Assembly (NCBI GenBank): GCA_964440465.1
Contig: CAYTSI010000007.1
Coordinates: 1-59,101, forward strand
Length of the DNA stretch: 59,101 nucleotides
Reading direction: 5' to 3'
Source: an uncultured Spirochaetales bacterium
GTDB lineage: Bacteria; Spirochaetota; Spirochaetia; SPDA01; CAZSGZ01
Under the pieces are notes generated by a model. The model made no database searches, was not told the DNA's origin, and saw nothing but the letters and a program-made list of their open reading frames with translations. Each line of letters begins with the position of its first letter. The first letter of the stretch is position 1. A program made the translations under genes and the position numbers. This document shows positions 37,216-48,005 of this stretch, in pieces.

Positions 37216-38675
37216 AAAAACCAATTTTTTCTCTTTTTCTCCTGTCCGTGTGCGCGGCGGGTGCTTCCATTTTTACTATTTCATGCGCGGCCTCGTACGA
37301 AAAACCGGTTACGGAAGAACGGTCCGCTGAAAAGACCGCGGCTGAAGCGGCGCCTGAAGAGGAAGAAGAAAAAGACGCTGGACCGACTCCGGAACAGCTC
37401 CGCCGGCTGGAGGAAGAACGGACCGACAGGGCCGTAGAGGAATACATTCAAAACGGTGAGACCGAAAAGGCGCTGGAAACGTTTGAGCAAACCTATTCCC
37501 CCGATACGGCGGAAGACCCGGATGTGCTGCTGATGTACGGCCTGCTCCTGATTGCGGAAGGTAACTTCGGCAAGGCGGGGGAGGTGTTTGAACAGGCCGC
37601 GGAACTCGATCCCGGCAATACAAAGGTGCTGTACAATCTTTCCATAATCGAAAGATCAAAAGGGAACAGGGAAAAACAGCAGGAACTTTTGGAAAAAATT
37701 ATCGAGACAGCACCCGGGCATGTGGAGGCGCGGACCAGTCTCGGGGGCCTGTATCTGGAAAAGAAAAAATGGAAAGCGGCAAAAGAGGCTTTTCAATCGG
37801 CGATACACGGGGACGAAACTTTTATCCCCGCGAAGATGGGCTACGCGGAAGTCCTGCGGCAGGAAGAGGCGTACGCCGAAGCGGAAGAGGTGTTGTCCCG
37901 GATTATCGAAATGGCCCCCGGTTATGTTCTTGCCTACATTGACCGGAGCCGAAACAGGGTCGCGCTTCAGGACCGGCAGGGGGCCGTGGAGGACCTTTCC
38001 GCGGCCATCGAACTGGACCCGGGAAATTTTTGGAACTACCTCGACCGGGGCCGTATCAGACTGCGCCTCGGACGGCTGCGGGAGGCTGTAGAGGACTTCA
38101 GCCGGGCTATTGAACTGGACCCGGACAATTTTTTTCCTTACGCCTACCGGGGAGGAATTTACGATCAGCTCGAAGAATATGACAAAGCTTTGGCCGATTT
38201 TGAACGGGTGGTAAAACTTCGGAAGGACTACTACTTTGCCTATTCCTCCTTAGGGAAGCTGTATTACATGAAGGAGAAATGGACCGACGCGGCCCTTGCC
38301 TTCGGGAAGGCCTTCGCCTACGAGGATGATATGCAGCCCTACGCAATGTTTTCAGCTGCCTGCATGTACCGCGGCGGCATGGAAGAAGAAGGAAAAGCAT
38401 ATCTGCGGGAAGTAATCCCCTCAATTCCGCGGGAAAGTATTTACTATCACCTCATGAGGCTGTATCTTGATGAGAAATATGAAACATATTTTTTAACGAA
38501 AATCGAAGCCATGCAGGACAGACAGCTGAAAGGGGAGGCCCTCTTTTTTCTCGCCCTGTTCTATGACATGCGGGGCCGGCAGCGCTTGTCCGCGACATAC
38601 TTTTTGGAAGTAACGGACGTAACCGGCCCGGAAACGATAACGCATCAGCTGGCGTTGTGGGAATTTGAGCATTGA
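37212..38675 (+). CDS. TPR-repeat lipoprotein
   Basis: Signal peptide with Cys. It has many TPR units (AIELDPGNFWNYLDRGRIRLRLGRLREAVEDFSRAIELDPDN...). ATGA overlap with the kinase stop. Confidence 0.75.
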   Translation: MKKPIFSLFLLSVCAAGASIFTISCAASYEKPVTEERSAEKTAAEAAPEEEEEKDAGPTPEQLRRLEEERTDRAVEEYIQNGETEKALETFEQTYSPDTAEDPDVLLMYGLLLIAEGNFGKAGEVFEQAAELDPGNTKVLYNLSIIERSKGNREKQQELLEKIIETAPGHVEARTSLGGLYLEKKKWKAAKEAFQSAIHGDETFIPAKMGYAEVLRQEEAYAEAEEVLSRIIEMAPGYVLAYIDRSRNRVALQDRQGAVEDLSAAIELDPGNFWNYLDRGRIRLRLGRLREAVEDFSRAIELDPDNFFPYAYRGGIYDQLEEYDKALADFERVVKLRKDYYFAYSSLGKLYYMKEKWTDAALAFGKAFAYEDDMQPYAMFSAACMYRGGMEEEGKAYLREVIPSIPRESIYYHLMRLYLDEKYETYFLTKIEAMQDRQLKGEALFFLALFYDMRGRQRLSATYFLEVTDVTGPETITHQLALWEFEH

Positions 38676-38705
38676 ACGGGCTGAGACAGCAAACAAGGAA
38701 CGGGT

Positions 38706-39890
38706 ATGGAAAAAAGTGATACGATAACGGAAGTAACCCTGGGAAAGAGAAAATTTACCCTCATCGGGACCGCTCACATTTCTCAGAAAAGCGCGGATGA
38801 AGTCGAGGAAGTTATCCGGCAGGAGCGGCCCGGGCGGATATGCATCGAGATCGACGCCGTCCGGTTTAAATCGATGACGGAAGGACAGAACTGGAAGAAC
38901 CTCAACATTGGCCAGGTAATCCGTCAGCGAAGGGGGTTCCTGCTGCTGGCCAATCTGGTGCTGTCCTCTTTTCAACGGCGGATGGGTGAAAAACTGGGGG
39001 CCCGGCAGGGCGGTGAGATGAAACGGGCGGTGGAGATTGCCGACGAATTGGGAATACCCTACACCTTTGCCGACAGAGAGGTACAGGTTACCCTGCGCCG
39101 GGCATGGGCAAAATCGAGTTTCTGGAACAAAATGAAGCTGTTGGCTTCCCTTATCGGTTCGGTCATTACCAAAGAGGAGCTTACGGAGGAGGAACTGGAA
39201 AAACTGAAACAGCGCAGCGCTCTGGAAGACATGCTCGCGGAACTGTCCAAAATACTGCCCTCGGTAAAGGAAGTGCTTATCGACGAACGGGACAGGTATC
39301 TGGCCGCGAAAATGTTTGACACCACTGAGGAGACGGTGGTAGCGGTTGTCGGCGCGGGGCATGTTCCGGGAATCGTGCAGTGGCTGGAAAAGCTGCATTC
39401 CGGTTCCGTTGAATCCTCTCTGGAGGATATTGAGCAGGCGCCGCCTCCTTCGAAAATCGGCAGGGCAATCCCCTGGTGTATTCCGGTCGTTATTGCCGGT
39501 CTGCTGGCGGCGGGGTTCTTCCGGTCCGGCTGGGAAGAGGCCCTTTCCATGTTGTGGATGTGGGTCCTGGTAAACGGCACACTTTCCGCCGCGGGCGCTT
39601 TAATCGCGCTGGCCCATCCGTTAACGATTGTTTTGTCCTTTGCGGCCGCCCCGATAACATCGATGAACCCGACCATCGGGGTGGGAATCGTTACCGGGCT
39701 GATTGAATCGTTCTTAAGAAAACCGCAGGTGAAGGACTTCGAAAATATTCATGAAGACATTAAAAGCTTCCGTGGGTTTTATCGCAACCGGCTGACACAC
39801 ATTCTGCTGGTGTTTCTATTCAGCACCGTCGGAAGCGCAATTGGGACGTTTATAGGCATTCCCTATTTAACCGCGCTGCTGACAAAATAA
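38706..39890 (+). CDS. TraB/GumN-family protein
   Basis: The N-terminus TLIGTAHISQKSADEV...ICIEID, ERDRYLA, VVGAGHVPG and C-terminal TM helices match the TraB (pheromone shutdown-like) family layout. Confidence 0.75.
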   Translation: MEKSDTITEVTLGKRKFTLIGTAHISQKSADEVEEVIRQERPGRICIEIDAVRFKSMTEGQNWKNLNIGQVIRQRRGFLLLANLVLSSFQRRMGEKLGARQGGEMKRAVEIADELGIPYTFADREVQVTLRRAWAKSSFWNKMKLLASLIGSVITKEELTEEELEKLKQRSALEDMLAELSKILPSVKEVLIDERDRYLAAKMFDTTEETVVAVVGAGHVPGIVQWLEKLHSGSVESSLEDIEQAPPPSKIGRAIPWCIPVVIAGLLAAGFFRSGWEEALSMLWMWVLVNGTLSAAGALIALAHPLTIVLSFAAAPITSMNPTIGVGIVTGLIESFLRKPQVKDFENIHEDIKSFRGFYRNRLTHILLVFLFSTVGSAIGTFIGIPYLTALLTK

Positions 39891-39910
39891 CGGCCGGCCC
39901 CTGCCGGGTC

Positions 39911-40597
39911 TCATTCCGCGCGGCCGAGTTTGGCAAGCATCTTTGCCTGCAGGGATGAATGGATAAAATCCTGCAGAACATCCCGTATATTCCGGGGCAT
40001 GCTCCTGTCGAACATGAGGACGAAAAGACGTTTTTCGTTATCCAGCCGGCGCTGCAGCAGCGTTTTCCCGGTAATGGTGTAGGTTTCCCCTTCTAAGGTC
40101 AAATTGATCCGCCCGATAAATGTGTTCAGCTGTAATTTCGTGTCCTTATCGAAGGCGCATGACATCCCCACCGAACTAATATCATAAACATAGCCGGAGT
40201 ACTCCGTGCCGCCTGCCGTAAAGGTAAAGGCCACATTTACATTGTCGGTCCCTCCGAAGCGTACATACTGCCGCTGTCCCCGGGCGCGGAGAGATTCAAG
40301 TTTGTCGAGAATTGCCGTTTCCGCGGAGGGGGTTACGCCGCCGGTAATATCGACGGCCGTTTTACCGCCGAAGTCCGCGTTTTCCTCCCCGGTGTGGAGA
40401 ATAACGGCATTCCTGTCGTAAACAACCCGGACGCAGCGGGGAAACTCCCGCAGGACCGTATCGAGATACGCTTCGTTTTCCAGGGAGTATACTTCATATT
40501 CGTTCCGCACCATCAGCCGGACAATGTCCCGGGCATGCTGTTCCGGCAGTGCAACGCAGAAAATTTTACGTCCCAGTTCTCCTTTGTGCCGTTCCAT
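39911..40597 (-). CDS. PilZ-domain protein (putative c-di-GMP receptor)
   Basis: RGQRQYVRF (RxxxR-like) followed by YDISSVGMS (DxSxxG). Confidence 0.65.
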   Translation of the reverse strand: MERHKGELGRKIFCVALPEQHARDIVRLMVRNEYEVYSLENEAYLDTVLREFPRCVRVVYDRNAVILHTGEENADFGGKTAVDITGGVTPSAETAILDKLESLRARGQRQYVRFGGTDNVNVAFTFTAGGTEYSGYVYDISSVGMSCAFDKDTKLQLNTFIGRINLTLEGETYTITGKTLLQRRLDNEKRLFVLMFDRSMPRNIRDVLQDFIHSSLQAKMLAKLGRAE

Positions 40598-41957
40598 CTT
40601 GTTCCTTTGAGAATATAGAATTTATTGCCTGTTGAATAGTGCTGACCTGCCGCCAGGCTGATTTTTTTTCCTGTTCACCGCCCCGGTTAAAGAGAGGGGA
40701 AATAAAGGTATTGAAGCCGATTTCCCCGGCGGTTTTCATCCGTCTGTCGATGTGAGGGATTTTCCGGATTTCCCCCGCCAGGCTTACTTCACCGCATATC
40801 GCGGTGTCCGGCGGAATGGCAAGGTCTGTCCGGGCGGAATATAACGCCATTGCCAGGGGAAGGTCGATGCCTACCTCGCTTATCCGCAGTCCCCCGCCGA
40901 TGTTGATGTAAATGTCCTGATCGGAGAAGCGGAGGCGGAGATGTTTTTCACATACCGCCGCGAGGCGGGAAACCTTGCCGCGGTCAATCCCTTCGGAAAA
41001 AACCCGGGACATACTTCCCTGTCCCGGCACCGTTAGGGCCTGAATTTCAACTAAAAGGACCCTGCTCCCCTCGTATACCGCGGCGACGGCAACCCCCGGG
41101 GGTGTGCCGTTGTTTCTGTCGTTCAGCAGAAACCGGCTGGGGTCGGCCACTTCGATCAGTCCCCGCTGCTCCATGGTAAACAATCCGATTTCCTGCGTCG
41201 ATCCGAAACGGTTTTTCATTGCCCGGATAACGCGGAGGTCAGCGGCGCCGTATTCGAAGTAGAGTACCGTGTCCACCATATGTTCTATCACCTTCGGTCC
41301 CGCGATGGAGCCTTCTTTGGTAACATGGGCGATAAAGACCACCGCTCCCCGGTTTTCCCGCGCCCAGGTTATCAGTTCATAACTGCAGTATTTAATCTGA
41401 TTCACCGTTCCCGGAACGGCCCCTAATTCGGCGGATATGAGGGTTTGAATGGAGTCGATGAACACAATGTCCGGTTTTTCCTTTTCCACGGCATGAAGTA
41501 TTTCGTTAATGTCCGTCGCGTGAAGCAGCATTGTCGTGTCCCGTACGCCGCCGATTCTGCCGGCCCGGGTTTTTATCTGTTTCGAAGATTCCTCCCCGGA
41601 AACGTAGAGTACCCGAATGTCCGCGGGGAGGGACGCGGTAAGGTGCAGTAAAAGGGTCGATTTTCCGATGCCCGGCTCACCGCCGATAATGACCGCGGAA
41701 GAGCGGTTAAATCCGCCCCCTACAATGCGGTCGAATTCCCGTATTCCCGTGGGAATCCGTTCTTCCCGGTCCGGTTCCATGCTGCCGATACGTTCTGTTT
41801 TCAAAACGGCCCGCTGCCGTTTTGTTCCGGCGGATACGGTCTGAGGAGTAAACTCGATAAACGTGTTCCATTCTCCGCATTCCGGACACTTTCCAAGCCA
41901 TTTCGGCTGGGAAAAACCGCAGGCGGAACATTCAAACACGGTTTTTTGCTTAGCCAT
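40566..41957 (-). CDS. radA: DNA repair protein RadA
   Basis: N-terminal zinc finger FECSACGFSQPKWLGKCPECGEWNTF, Walker A GEPGIGKST, KNRFG motif and a Lon-like C-terminus. Start at the internal ATG 41957. Confidence 0.92.
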   Translation of the reverse strand: MAKQKTVFECSACGFSQPKWLGKCPECGEWNTFIEFTPQTVSAGTKRQRAVLKTERIGSMEPDREERIPTGIREFDRIVGGGFNRSSAVIIGGEPGIGKSTLLLHLTASLPADIRVLYVSGEESSKQIKTRAGRIGGVRDTTMLLHATDINEILHAVEKEKPDIVFIDSIQTLISAELGAVPGTVNQIKYCSYELITWARENRGAVVFIAHVTKEGSIAGPKVIEHMVDTVLYFEYGAADLRVIRAMKNRFGSTQEIGLFTMEQRGLIEVADPSRFLLNDRNNGTPPGVAVAAVYEGSRVLLVEIQALTVPGQGSMSRVFSEGIDRGKVSRLAAVCEKHLRLRFSDQDIYINIGGGLRISEVGIDLPLAMALYSARTDLAIPPDTAICGEVSLAGEIRKIPHIDRRMKTAGEIGFNTFISPLFNRGGEQEKKSAWRQVSTIQQAINSIFSKEQDGTAQRRTGT

Positions 41958-42029
41958 TGGCTGTATTGTGATTGAGTTTCTGGAAAACATCAATATACTG
42001 TGGTATCCTGAGAGGCAGCAGGAGGAAGT

Positions 42030-42668
42030 ATGGAGCAAATAACCTATTTTATTAACGACTATCTATATTCCATCAGCAATGCGACGGGAATGTCCCTGGG
42101 CATTGTGGGAGTGCTTGTGGGATTAGTCCTGATGCTGTTTGGGTTTAAAATAAAGAAAATCGCGTTGATGGTCATCGGCTTTTTAGCGGGATACGTGGGA
42201 GGCAGCTTTCTGGCGGAGCGGTTTATCAATCCGGGGACGGTCATGTTTTCCCTTACTCCGGTTATCGTCGGAATTGCCGCGGCGCTCGTTATGTTCGCGG
42301 TGTATTACCTTGCCATTTATGTCATGGGACTGAGTATCGGCGGGATCGCGGGGTTTTACCTGGGGGCGAATTTGTTTGAGCGGCCTATTTGGGGCCTGGT
42401 TACCGCCGTTGTTGTGGGAGTGATCATCGGCTCCATTGCCCTGGCTGCCGAAAAGCCGATTGTTATTCTAGGGACTTCCTTTATCGGCTACATTGCCTTC
42501 CGTCAGGGGCTGTATGTCCTTGCAGCGAGAAACGAATCGATTGTTATCGAGGCGGTCTGTATTGTTTTGGTGCTGGCCGCCGTCGTTCTGCAGTTTCTCA
42601 TCAACAAGGACAAACCGGGGAGAGGCAGGGCCGAAAGGGGCGGTGCCGTATATTCGGAAAACGGCTAA
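42030..42668 (+). CDS. Multi-pass membrane protein (DUF4203/TMEM198-like)
   Basis: 212 aa with six to seven hydrophobic helices and a basic C-terminus. The family call is tentative. Confidence 0.5.
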   Translation: MEQITYFINDYLYSISNATGMSLGIVGVLVGLVLMLFGFKIKKIALMVIGFLAGYVGGSFLAERFINPGTVMFSLTPVIVGIAAALVMFAVYYLAIYVMGLSIGGIAGFYLGANLFERPIWGLVTAVVVGVIIGSIALAAEKPIVILGTSFIGYIAFRQGLYVLAARNESIVIEAVCIVLVLAAVVLQFLINKDKPGRGRAERGGAVYSENG

Positions 42669-43648
42669 GGCCCTTCCCCTGCCGTTTTCCGGTACACCTC
42701 CCAGGAGGAGCGGACCAGGGTGTCCATATCGCTGTAGCGGGGCCGCCAGCCCAGCAGTTCCTTTGCCAGGTTTGAAGTCGCCACCAATTTCGAGGGGTCC
42801 CCGGCCCTGCGTCCGGTTATTTCAGCCGGGACCGGTTTCCCGGTTATCCCCCGGGCGGATTCGAGCATTTTCAGTACACTGATACCCGTATCGCTTCCCA
42901 AATTGACGGTGATGCTTGTATCCTGTTCCGTAATATAATTCATGGCGGAAACGTGGGCTGCCGCCAGGTCGCTTACGTGGATGTAGTCCCGTACGCCGGA
43001 CCCGTCTTCGGTCGGATAATCGGTGCCGAAGACCAGCAGCTTCTCCCGTTTCCCGGCGGCGGTTTCCATTATTACCGGCAGCAGGTTTGCCGGGCTGCGC
43101 TCCAAGCCTTTTACCCGCGAGTCCGGGTCGTATCCCGCGGCGTTGAAATACCGCAGCGCCGCGTAACGGAGCCCTTTAAGTTTTTCGTACCAGGAAAGAA
43201 GACGCTCAATTTCCAATTTTGTAAATCCGTAGTAGTTCTCCGGTTCGAGAGGGTGCTGTTCATCAATGGGAAGGTACTTCGGGTTGCCGTATACCGCGGC
43301 GGAGGAGCTGAATACGATGTTGTGAATTCCGGCTCCGCAGGCGCTGTTTAAAATATTAATAGAACCGCAGATGTTGTTGACCGAATATTTTTCCGGTTTC
43401 TCCATCGATTCCCCGGCGGCCTTGAATGCCGCGAGGTGGACGATCCCGTCGAACCCTCCGCTCATTGCGTCATTAAGTACTTTTGTATCGAGGACGTCTC
43501 CTTCGATAAACCCGGCGTCGGGAAAGAGATTTTCTCTTAAGCCGGATGACAGGTTATCGAAAACGGTTACCCCGTGTCCCTGCTGCAACAGTTCCAGCAC
43601 AACATGGCTGCCGATATACCCGGCGCCGCCGATGACTAAAATATTCAT
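42665..43648 (-). CDS. galE: UDP-glucose 4-epimerase
   Basis: GGAGYIGSH Rossmann motif, YGFTK (YxxxK) and SSAAVYG. Confidence 0.9.
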   Translation of the reverse strand: MNILVIGGAGYIGSHVVLELLQQGHGVTVFDNLSSGLRENLFPDAGFIEGDVLDTKVLNDAMSGGFDGIVHLAAFKAAGESMEKPEKYSVNNICGSINILNSACGAGIHNIVFSSSAAVYGNPKYLPIDEQHPLEPENYYGFTKLEIERLLSWYEKLKGLRYAALRYFNAAGYDPDSRVKGLERSPANLLPVIMETAAGKREKLLVFGTDYPTEDGSGVRDYIHVSDLAAAHVSAMNYITEQDTSITVNLGSDTGISVLKMLESARGITGKPVPAEITGRRAGDPSKLVATSNLAKELLGWRPRYSDMDTLVRSSWEVYRKTAGEGP

Positions 43649-43744
43649 TACACAACTCCGGGGAAAGCTTACGAAGGATACCGTTTTTGGTCAACTCTCT
43701 TGATTTTGTCTTGATTTTGTCGCGGTAAGCCGTATAATAAGGGA

Positions 43745-45073
43745 ATGAAAACGGCAGCGGAACACGACTTTACAGTCGACAGACTGGGACCGGCCACGAT
43801 CCCTTCCCCTTTAAAACGCTCCACAATCCTGGGAGATTCTCTGGCAAATTATGTCAGGGACGATGAGTATATTTTGTACGACATCGACGTGAAGAAGGGG
43901 GAAACGGAAAAAAAGTTCGCGAAAACGGAGTTGCTGGAAAAAGCGGGACCGAGGGAAAAAATCTATTTTCATCCGGGACACACCCATGCCGGTATCGTTA
44001 CCTGCGGAGGACTCTGCCCGGGGCTGAACGATGTAATCCGCGCCGTTGTCCGGGGCTTGTGGCATTTGTACGGCGTTACACGGATAACGGGAATAAAAAA
44101 CGGATACCGCGGTTTTCTGCCGGAGTATAACCTGCCCACTGTCCGGCTCGATCCGGAAATTGTCGACGACATCCATTACAAAGGCGGGACGGTCCTCGGC
44201 TCCTCCCGGGGCGGCGGAAAGCATACGGAAATAGCCGACGCGATAGAGCGGCTGAACCTGAATGTACTCTTTACCATCGGCGGCGACGGTACGCAGCGGG
44301 GAGCTCTGGCCATCGCGGAGGAGCTTGAAAAGCGGAACAGCAAAGTTTCAGTTATCGGTATACCGAAAACCATCGATAACGATATCAGTTTCGTACAGAA
44401 ATCCTTCGGCTTTGAAACCGCGGTTTCCATTGCCGTGACCGCGGTTTCGGGCGCCCATGTGGAGGCCCGCGACGCCATTAACGGGATCGGTTTGGTAAAA
44501 GTAATGGGCCGGGAGTCGGGATATATTGCCGCCTATACCGCCTTAGCGCAGAACGATGTCAATTTTGTGCTGATTCCGGAAATTCCCTTCGATTTGGAGG
44601 GGGAATTGGGGCTGTACAATCAGCTGGAACAAAGGCTCGAAAGAAGAAACCACGCGGTTATTCTTGTTGCCGAAGGGGCGGGGCAGGACCTGCTCGAAGC
44701 CTCCAGCGAGAAGGACGCTTCGGGAAACAGAAAGCTGCAGGACATCGGACACTTTCTCGAGAGGCGTATCCCTCAGTATTTTAAAGAAAAGGGCATTGAA
44801 GCCAGTTTAAAATATATCGACCCCAGTTACATGATCCGGAGCGCCCCGGCGGAACCGAACGATTCGGTATACTGTGCCCGCCTCGGTACCCACGCGGTCC
44901 ACGCGGCGATGTCCGGCAGGACAAAGATGTTAATCAGTTTGGTGAATAATCATTTTGTTCACCTTCCCATCGAGATGGCCGTTTCCAGAAGGAATTACAT
45001 CGACCCCGAAGGCCCCCTCTGGCGGGACGTTCTCGAGGTAACGGGACAGCCGGTTGTTATGAAAAACACCTAG
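43745..45073 (+). CDS. 6-phosphofructokinase, long clade related to PPi-PFKs (GGDGT / PKTIDND)
   Basis: [34 protein letters not shown] and MGRESGY. 442 aa. Confidence 0.85.
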   Translation: MKTAAEHDFTVDRLGPATIPSPLKRSTILGDSLANYVRDDEYILYDIDVKKGETEKKFAKTELLEKAGPREKIYFHPGHTHAGIVTCGGLCPGLNDVIRAVVRGLWHLYGVTRITGIKNGYRGFLPEYNLPTVRLDPEIVDDIHYKGGTVLGSSRGGGKHTEIADAIERLNLNVLFTIGGDGTQRGALAIAEELEKRNSKVSVIGIPKTIDNDISFVQKSFGFETAVSIAVTAVSGAHVEARDAINGIGLVKVMGRESGYIAAYTALAQNDVNFVLIPEIPFDLEGELGLYNQLEQRLERRNHAVILVAEGAGQDLLEASSEKDASGNRKLQDIGHFLERRIPQYFKEKGIEASLKYIDPSYMIRSAPAEPNDSVYCARLGTHAVHAAMSGRTKMLISLVNNHFVHLPIEMAVSRRNYIDPEGPLWRDVLEVTGQPVVMKNT

Positions 45074-45086
45074 GTGCTGCCGGCGC

Positions 45087-46673
45087 TTACTCCAGCAGCT
45101 GTACATAGGCATCCAGGGCGGGGTCTTCCGTTGTCCCCTCGACAATTTGTTTGGTCAGTATTTTCCCCAGCTGCACCCCTTCCTGATCGAAGGAATTGAT
45201 GTTCCAAATGAACCCCTGAAACATCACCTTGTTCTCGAAATGCGCTAAAAGGGCGCCTAAGGCTTTCGGCGTCAGTTTTTTTCCGTAAAGAAGGCTTGAC
45301 GGCCGGCCGCCGGGAAACTGTTTGTTCAGGTTTTCGTTCTCCCGCCCCTTGGCAAAGGCAACGACCTGGGCGGCCAGATTAGCGTTCAGTTTCTGCCGGC
45401 TGGTTGCGCCTCCCTCTTCCAGGTCGAAGCCGGTCTGGTTTTCCTTAAAACCGATAAACTGCAGCGGAACGATGTCGGTCCCCTGGTGCAGAAGCTGATA
45501 GAAAGAGTGCTGCCCGTTTGTTCCCGGCTCGCCGAAGACAACGGGACCGGTTGCGTAGGCAACGGGCTTGCCGAAGCGGTTTACCCGCTTGCCGTTGCTC
45601 TCCATATCGAGCTGCTGCAAATGGGCCGGGAAGCGGTGGAGCGCCTGGCTGTAGGGCAGGACGGCGGTCGTCGGCATGCCGCGGAAATTCCGTTCATAAA
45701 CGCCCAAACAGGCGTCGAGCATGGCGCTGTTTCGGGTAAGTTCCTCTTCGAGGGCGTTCCTGTCCGCCTCGTGTGCTCCCGAGAGGATTTCCTGGAAAAC
45801 CTCTTTTCCAAAGGCAAGGCTTAAAATAACTCCTCCGACGGCACTGGCCGCGCTGTACCTTCCGCCGATATAATCGTCGATGTAAAATGAGTCGAGGTAG
45901 TCGGGAGAGTCGGCTAAGGGGCTGGTTTCGCTTGTAACCGCCACCATATGCCGTTCAGGGACCAGGCCTTGTATTCCGGACTGCTTCATTTTTTCCACGA
46001 CAAAGGCCCGGTTGGTGAGGGTCTCCTGGGTGGTGCCGCTTTTTGACACCAGGATAAACAGGGTTGATTCAAAATCGAGACCGTGGATAACTTCATTCGC
46101 GTCGTCGGGGTCGACGTTGGAGATAAACCTGGCCCGCAGTTTTTCCCTTCCTTCAGCCGCCGCCCAGTTTTTTAACGCCAAATAGAGGGCCCGCGGGCCT
46201 AAATCGGACCCGCCGATGCCGATCTGCACCGCCGCCGTAAATGGCTTTCCCGTGGAGCCGGTAATGTCCCCCCGGCGGACCTTCTCCGCGAAGGAATAAA
46301 ACCTGTTTTTCTGCTCCTCGTAAAACCTGCCGATGTCCCTGCCGTCGCGCCGCACGGGGCCCGCGAGCTCCCCGCGGCAAAGGTGGTGAAGGACCATCCG
46401 CCCTTCGCCGGTATTCATGATTTCACCGCCGGCGAGGGCCCTGTATTTTTCAATAAGCTGCTGTTCGCCGGCTAACTGCCGCAGCAGTGAAAGCAGTTCC
46501 TCTCCCGCCCCCCGGGCGGCGTAATTCAAGGTAAGCCCGCCGCCTGCGGGAGTTTCACAGCGTGCGACATTTTCCGCCGTAAGAAAAGCGGACAATTTCT
46601 CCGCTTCGGGACCTAATTGTTTCAGTCCGGCAAAGGCTTTTGTCTCGTCCAAGTTGGTATATGCAATGTTCAT
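45087..46673 (-). CDS. pgi: Glucose-6-phosphate isomerase
   Basis: IGIGGSDLGP, SKSGTTQET and GQHSFYQLLHQG motifs. Confidence 0.92.
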   Translation of the reverse strand: MNIAYTNLDETKAFAGLKQLGPEAEKLSAFLTAENVARCETPAGGGLTLNYAARGAGEELLSLLRQLAGEQQLIEKYRALAGGEIMNTGEGRMVLHHLCRGELAGPVRRDGRDIGRFYEEQKNRFYSFAEKVRRGDITGSTGKPFTAAVQIGIGGSDLGPRALYLALKNWAAAEGREKLRARFISNVDPDDANEVIHGLDFESTLFILVSKSGTTQETLTNRAFVVEKMKQSGIQGLVPERHMVAVTSETSPLADSPDYLDSFYIDDYIGGRYSAASAVGGVILSLAFGKEVFQEILSGAHEADRNALEEELTRNSAMLDACLGVYERNFRGMPTTAVLPYSQALHRFPAHLQQLDMESNGKRVNRFGKPVAYATGPVVFGEPGTNGQHSFYQLLHQGTDIVPLQFIGFKENQTGFDLEEGGATSRQKLNANLAAQVVAFAKGRENENLNKQFPGGRPSSLLYGKKLTPKALGALLAHFENKVMFQGFIWNINSFDQEGVQLGKILTKQIVEGTTEDPALDAYVQLLE

Positions 46674-46779
46674 ATTCTCCTCCAGCTTTTTGTTGATTAT
46701 ATCACGATCTGCGTTTACTTTTACATATAAATAGACTATATATTAATGGATAGAGGCCCTGGAGGTATGAAACACCGAT

Positions 46780-47934
46780 ATGACAAAAGAAGCTGAAGCT
46801 GTTTTGGACGGTTTTTTGGAAAGGGTGAAAGATGTTCTTCCCGATTTTGTCCTCCACAACGAGGAGCGGACGGAAGAGATTATGGCCCGCATGAAAAGTG
46901 ATCTTCTGCGCCGGGCTTCGGAAAAAGCGGGAGGGGAGAAGGTCATCGAAACCGGCGACGTACAGGCGGTAATTGATGAAATCCCGTTTGTCTATAAATT
47001 TGCCGATTCCTATTTGAAGCGGGGGAAGCCGCGGTTCTACATAACCGAGGAACTCTCTCCTGCCTATTTCCGGACGCTGATATTGGCGGGCCTCGGTATT
47101 TTTATCATCATCCTTATCCCGCAGCTGATGAAAATCGGACAGGAGCCGGGGGGGAAAATAATCGGCTACGTATTCAGCGGACTGTTTACTGCCGCCGTTA
47201 GTGTATTCAGTTTCGTTACCGTTGCCTTTGTCGGCCTTTCACAACTCGGTATTTTCCCCGAAGATTTGGCCAGGTTCAGACGGAAGGCGAAGGAGAAAGC
47301 GGAAAAGAAAATGGCCGCTGAAACGGCGGAGCTGCGGAAAGTGCGGGAGGAGATAAAGGCCGACTGGGTACGGGAGTGCGGAGAGGAACGGGAGGAACGC
47401 CTTCGGCGGAAGGAGGAGCGCGGCCGGAAGCGGGAGGAAATCCGGGAAAAGATCCAGCGTAATATTGAAGAGGAACGGCAGAAAAAACAGGGTCAGAGCA
47501 GGATCGGAGAAGTTGTCGGCGCGATTTTCGGTATTCTCTTTGGTTTTTTTCTTATTGTACAGTTCCCTTTCGGTATTTTGAACCAGAGCCATCCCATGTT
47601 TTTAAGCTGGCTCCGTGTATTCGGCGTGGTTATTGTCTTCAGAAACCTTTGGAAAGCGGTCCAGGCGCTTATTCCCTTTGAGCGGATATGGGCCCGAAGA
47701 ATTGTCTACGCGCTGGAAGAATTGATGGGCCTGTTGAATGTCCCCCTGTTTTTGTGGCTGCGGGACAATATTCCGGTAGTGCCCGCGTTTTCCGTGTCGC
47801 CCCAGGGGTTTGTCGTTCACGAACCCTCCCTTCGTGCGGCGGAAATCCTCTACTGGGTGTTTACCGGGTTCGTGGTATTGACAATTATCGGGGCAATAGT
47901 AGGATTTATCAAATCGATGGCGATGAAACGGTAA
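46780..47934 (+). CDS. Membrane protein with central charged coiled-coil (DUF1700-like N-terminus)
   Basis: 384 aa. TM helices flank a KEKAEKK...EERLRRKEERGRKREEIREK stretch. The family call is tentative. Confidence 0.5.
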   Translation: MTKEAEAVLDGFLERVKDVLPDFVLHNEERTEEIMARMKSDLLRRASEKAGGEKVIETGDVQAVIDEIPFVYKFADSYLKRGKPRFYITEELSPAYFRTLILAGLGIFIIILIPQLMKIGQEPGGKIIGYVFSGLFTAAVSVFSFVTVAFVGLSQLGIFPEDLARFRRKAKEKAEKKMAAETAELRKVREEIKADWVRECGEEREERLRRKEERGRKREEIREKIQRNIEEERQKKQGQSRIGEVVGAIFGILFGFFLIVQFPFGILNQSHPMFLSWLRVFGVVIVFRNLWKAVQALIPFERIWARRIVYALEELMGLLNVPLFLWLRDNIPVVPAFSVSPQGFVVHEPSLRAAEILYWVFTGFVVLTIIGAIVGFIKSMAMKR

Positions 47935-47956
47935 ATACCAGCAATTATAAATTTGA

Positions 47957-47977
47957 GCAAGACGAGCATCGTCTTGC
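47957..47977 (-). terminator. 8-bp hairpin; on the minus strand it is followed by TCAAATTTATAATT
   Basis: GCAAGACG-agcat-CGTCTTGC. On the plus strand it is followed by a GC-rich tail, so if it is functional it fits a minus-strand transcript better. Confidence 0.25.
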
Positions 47978-48005
47978 GGCCACCGGGAAATGTTTACATA
48001 GAACG

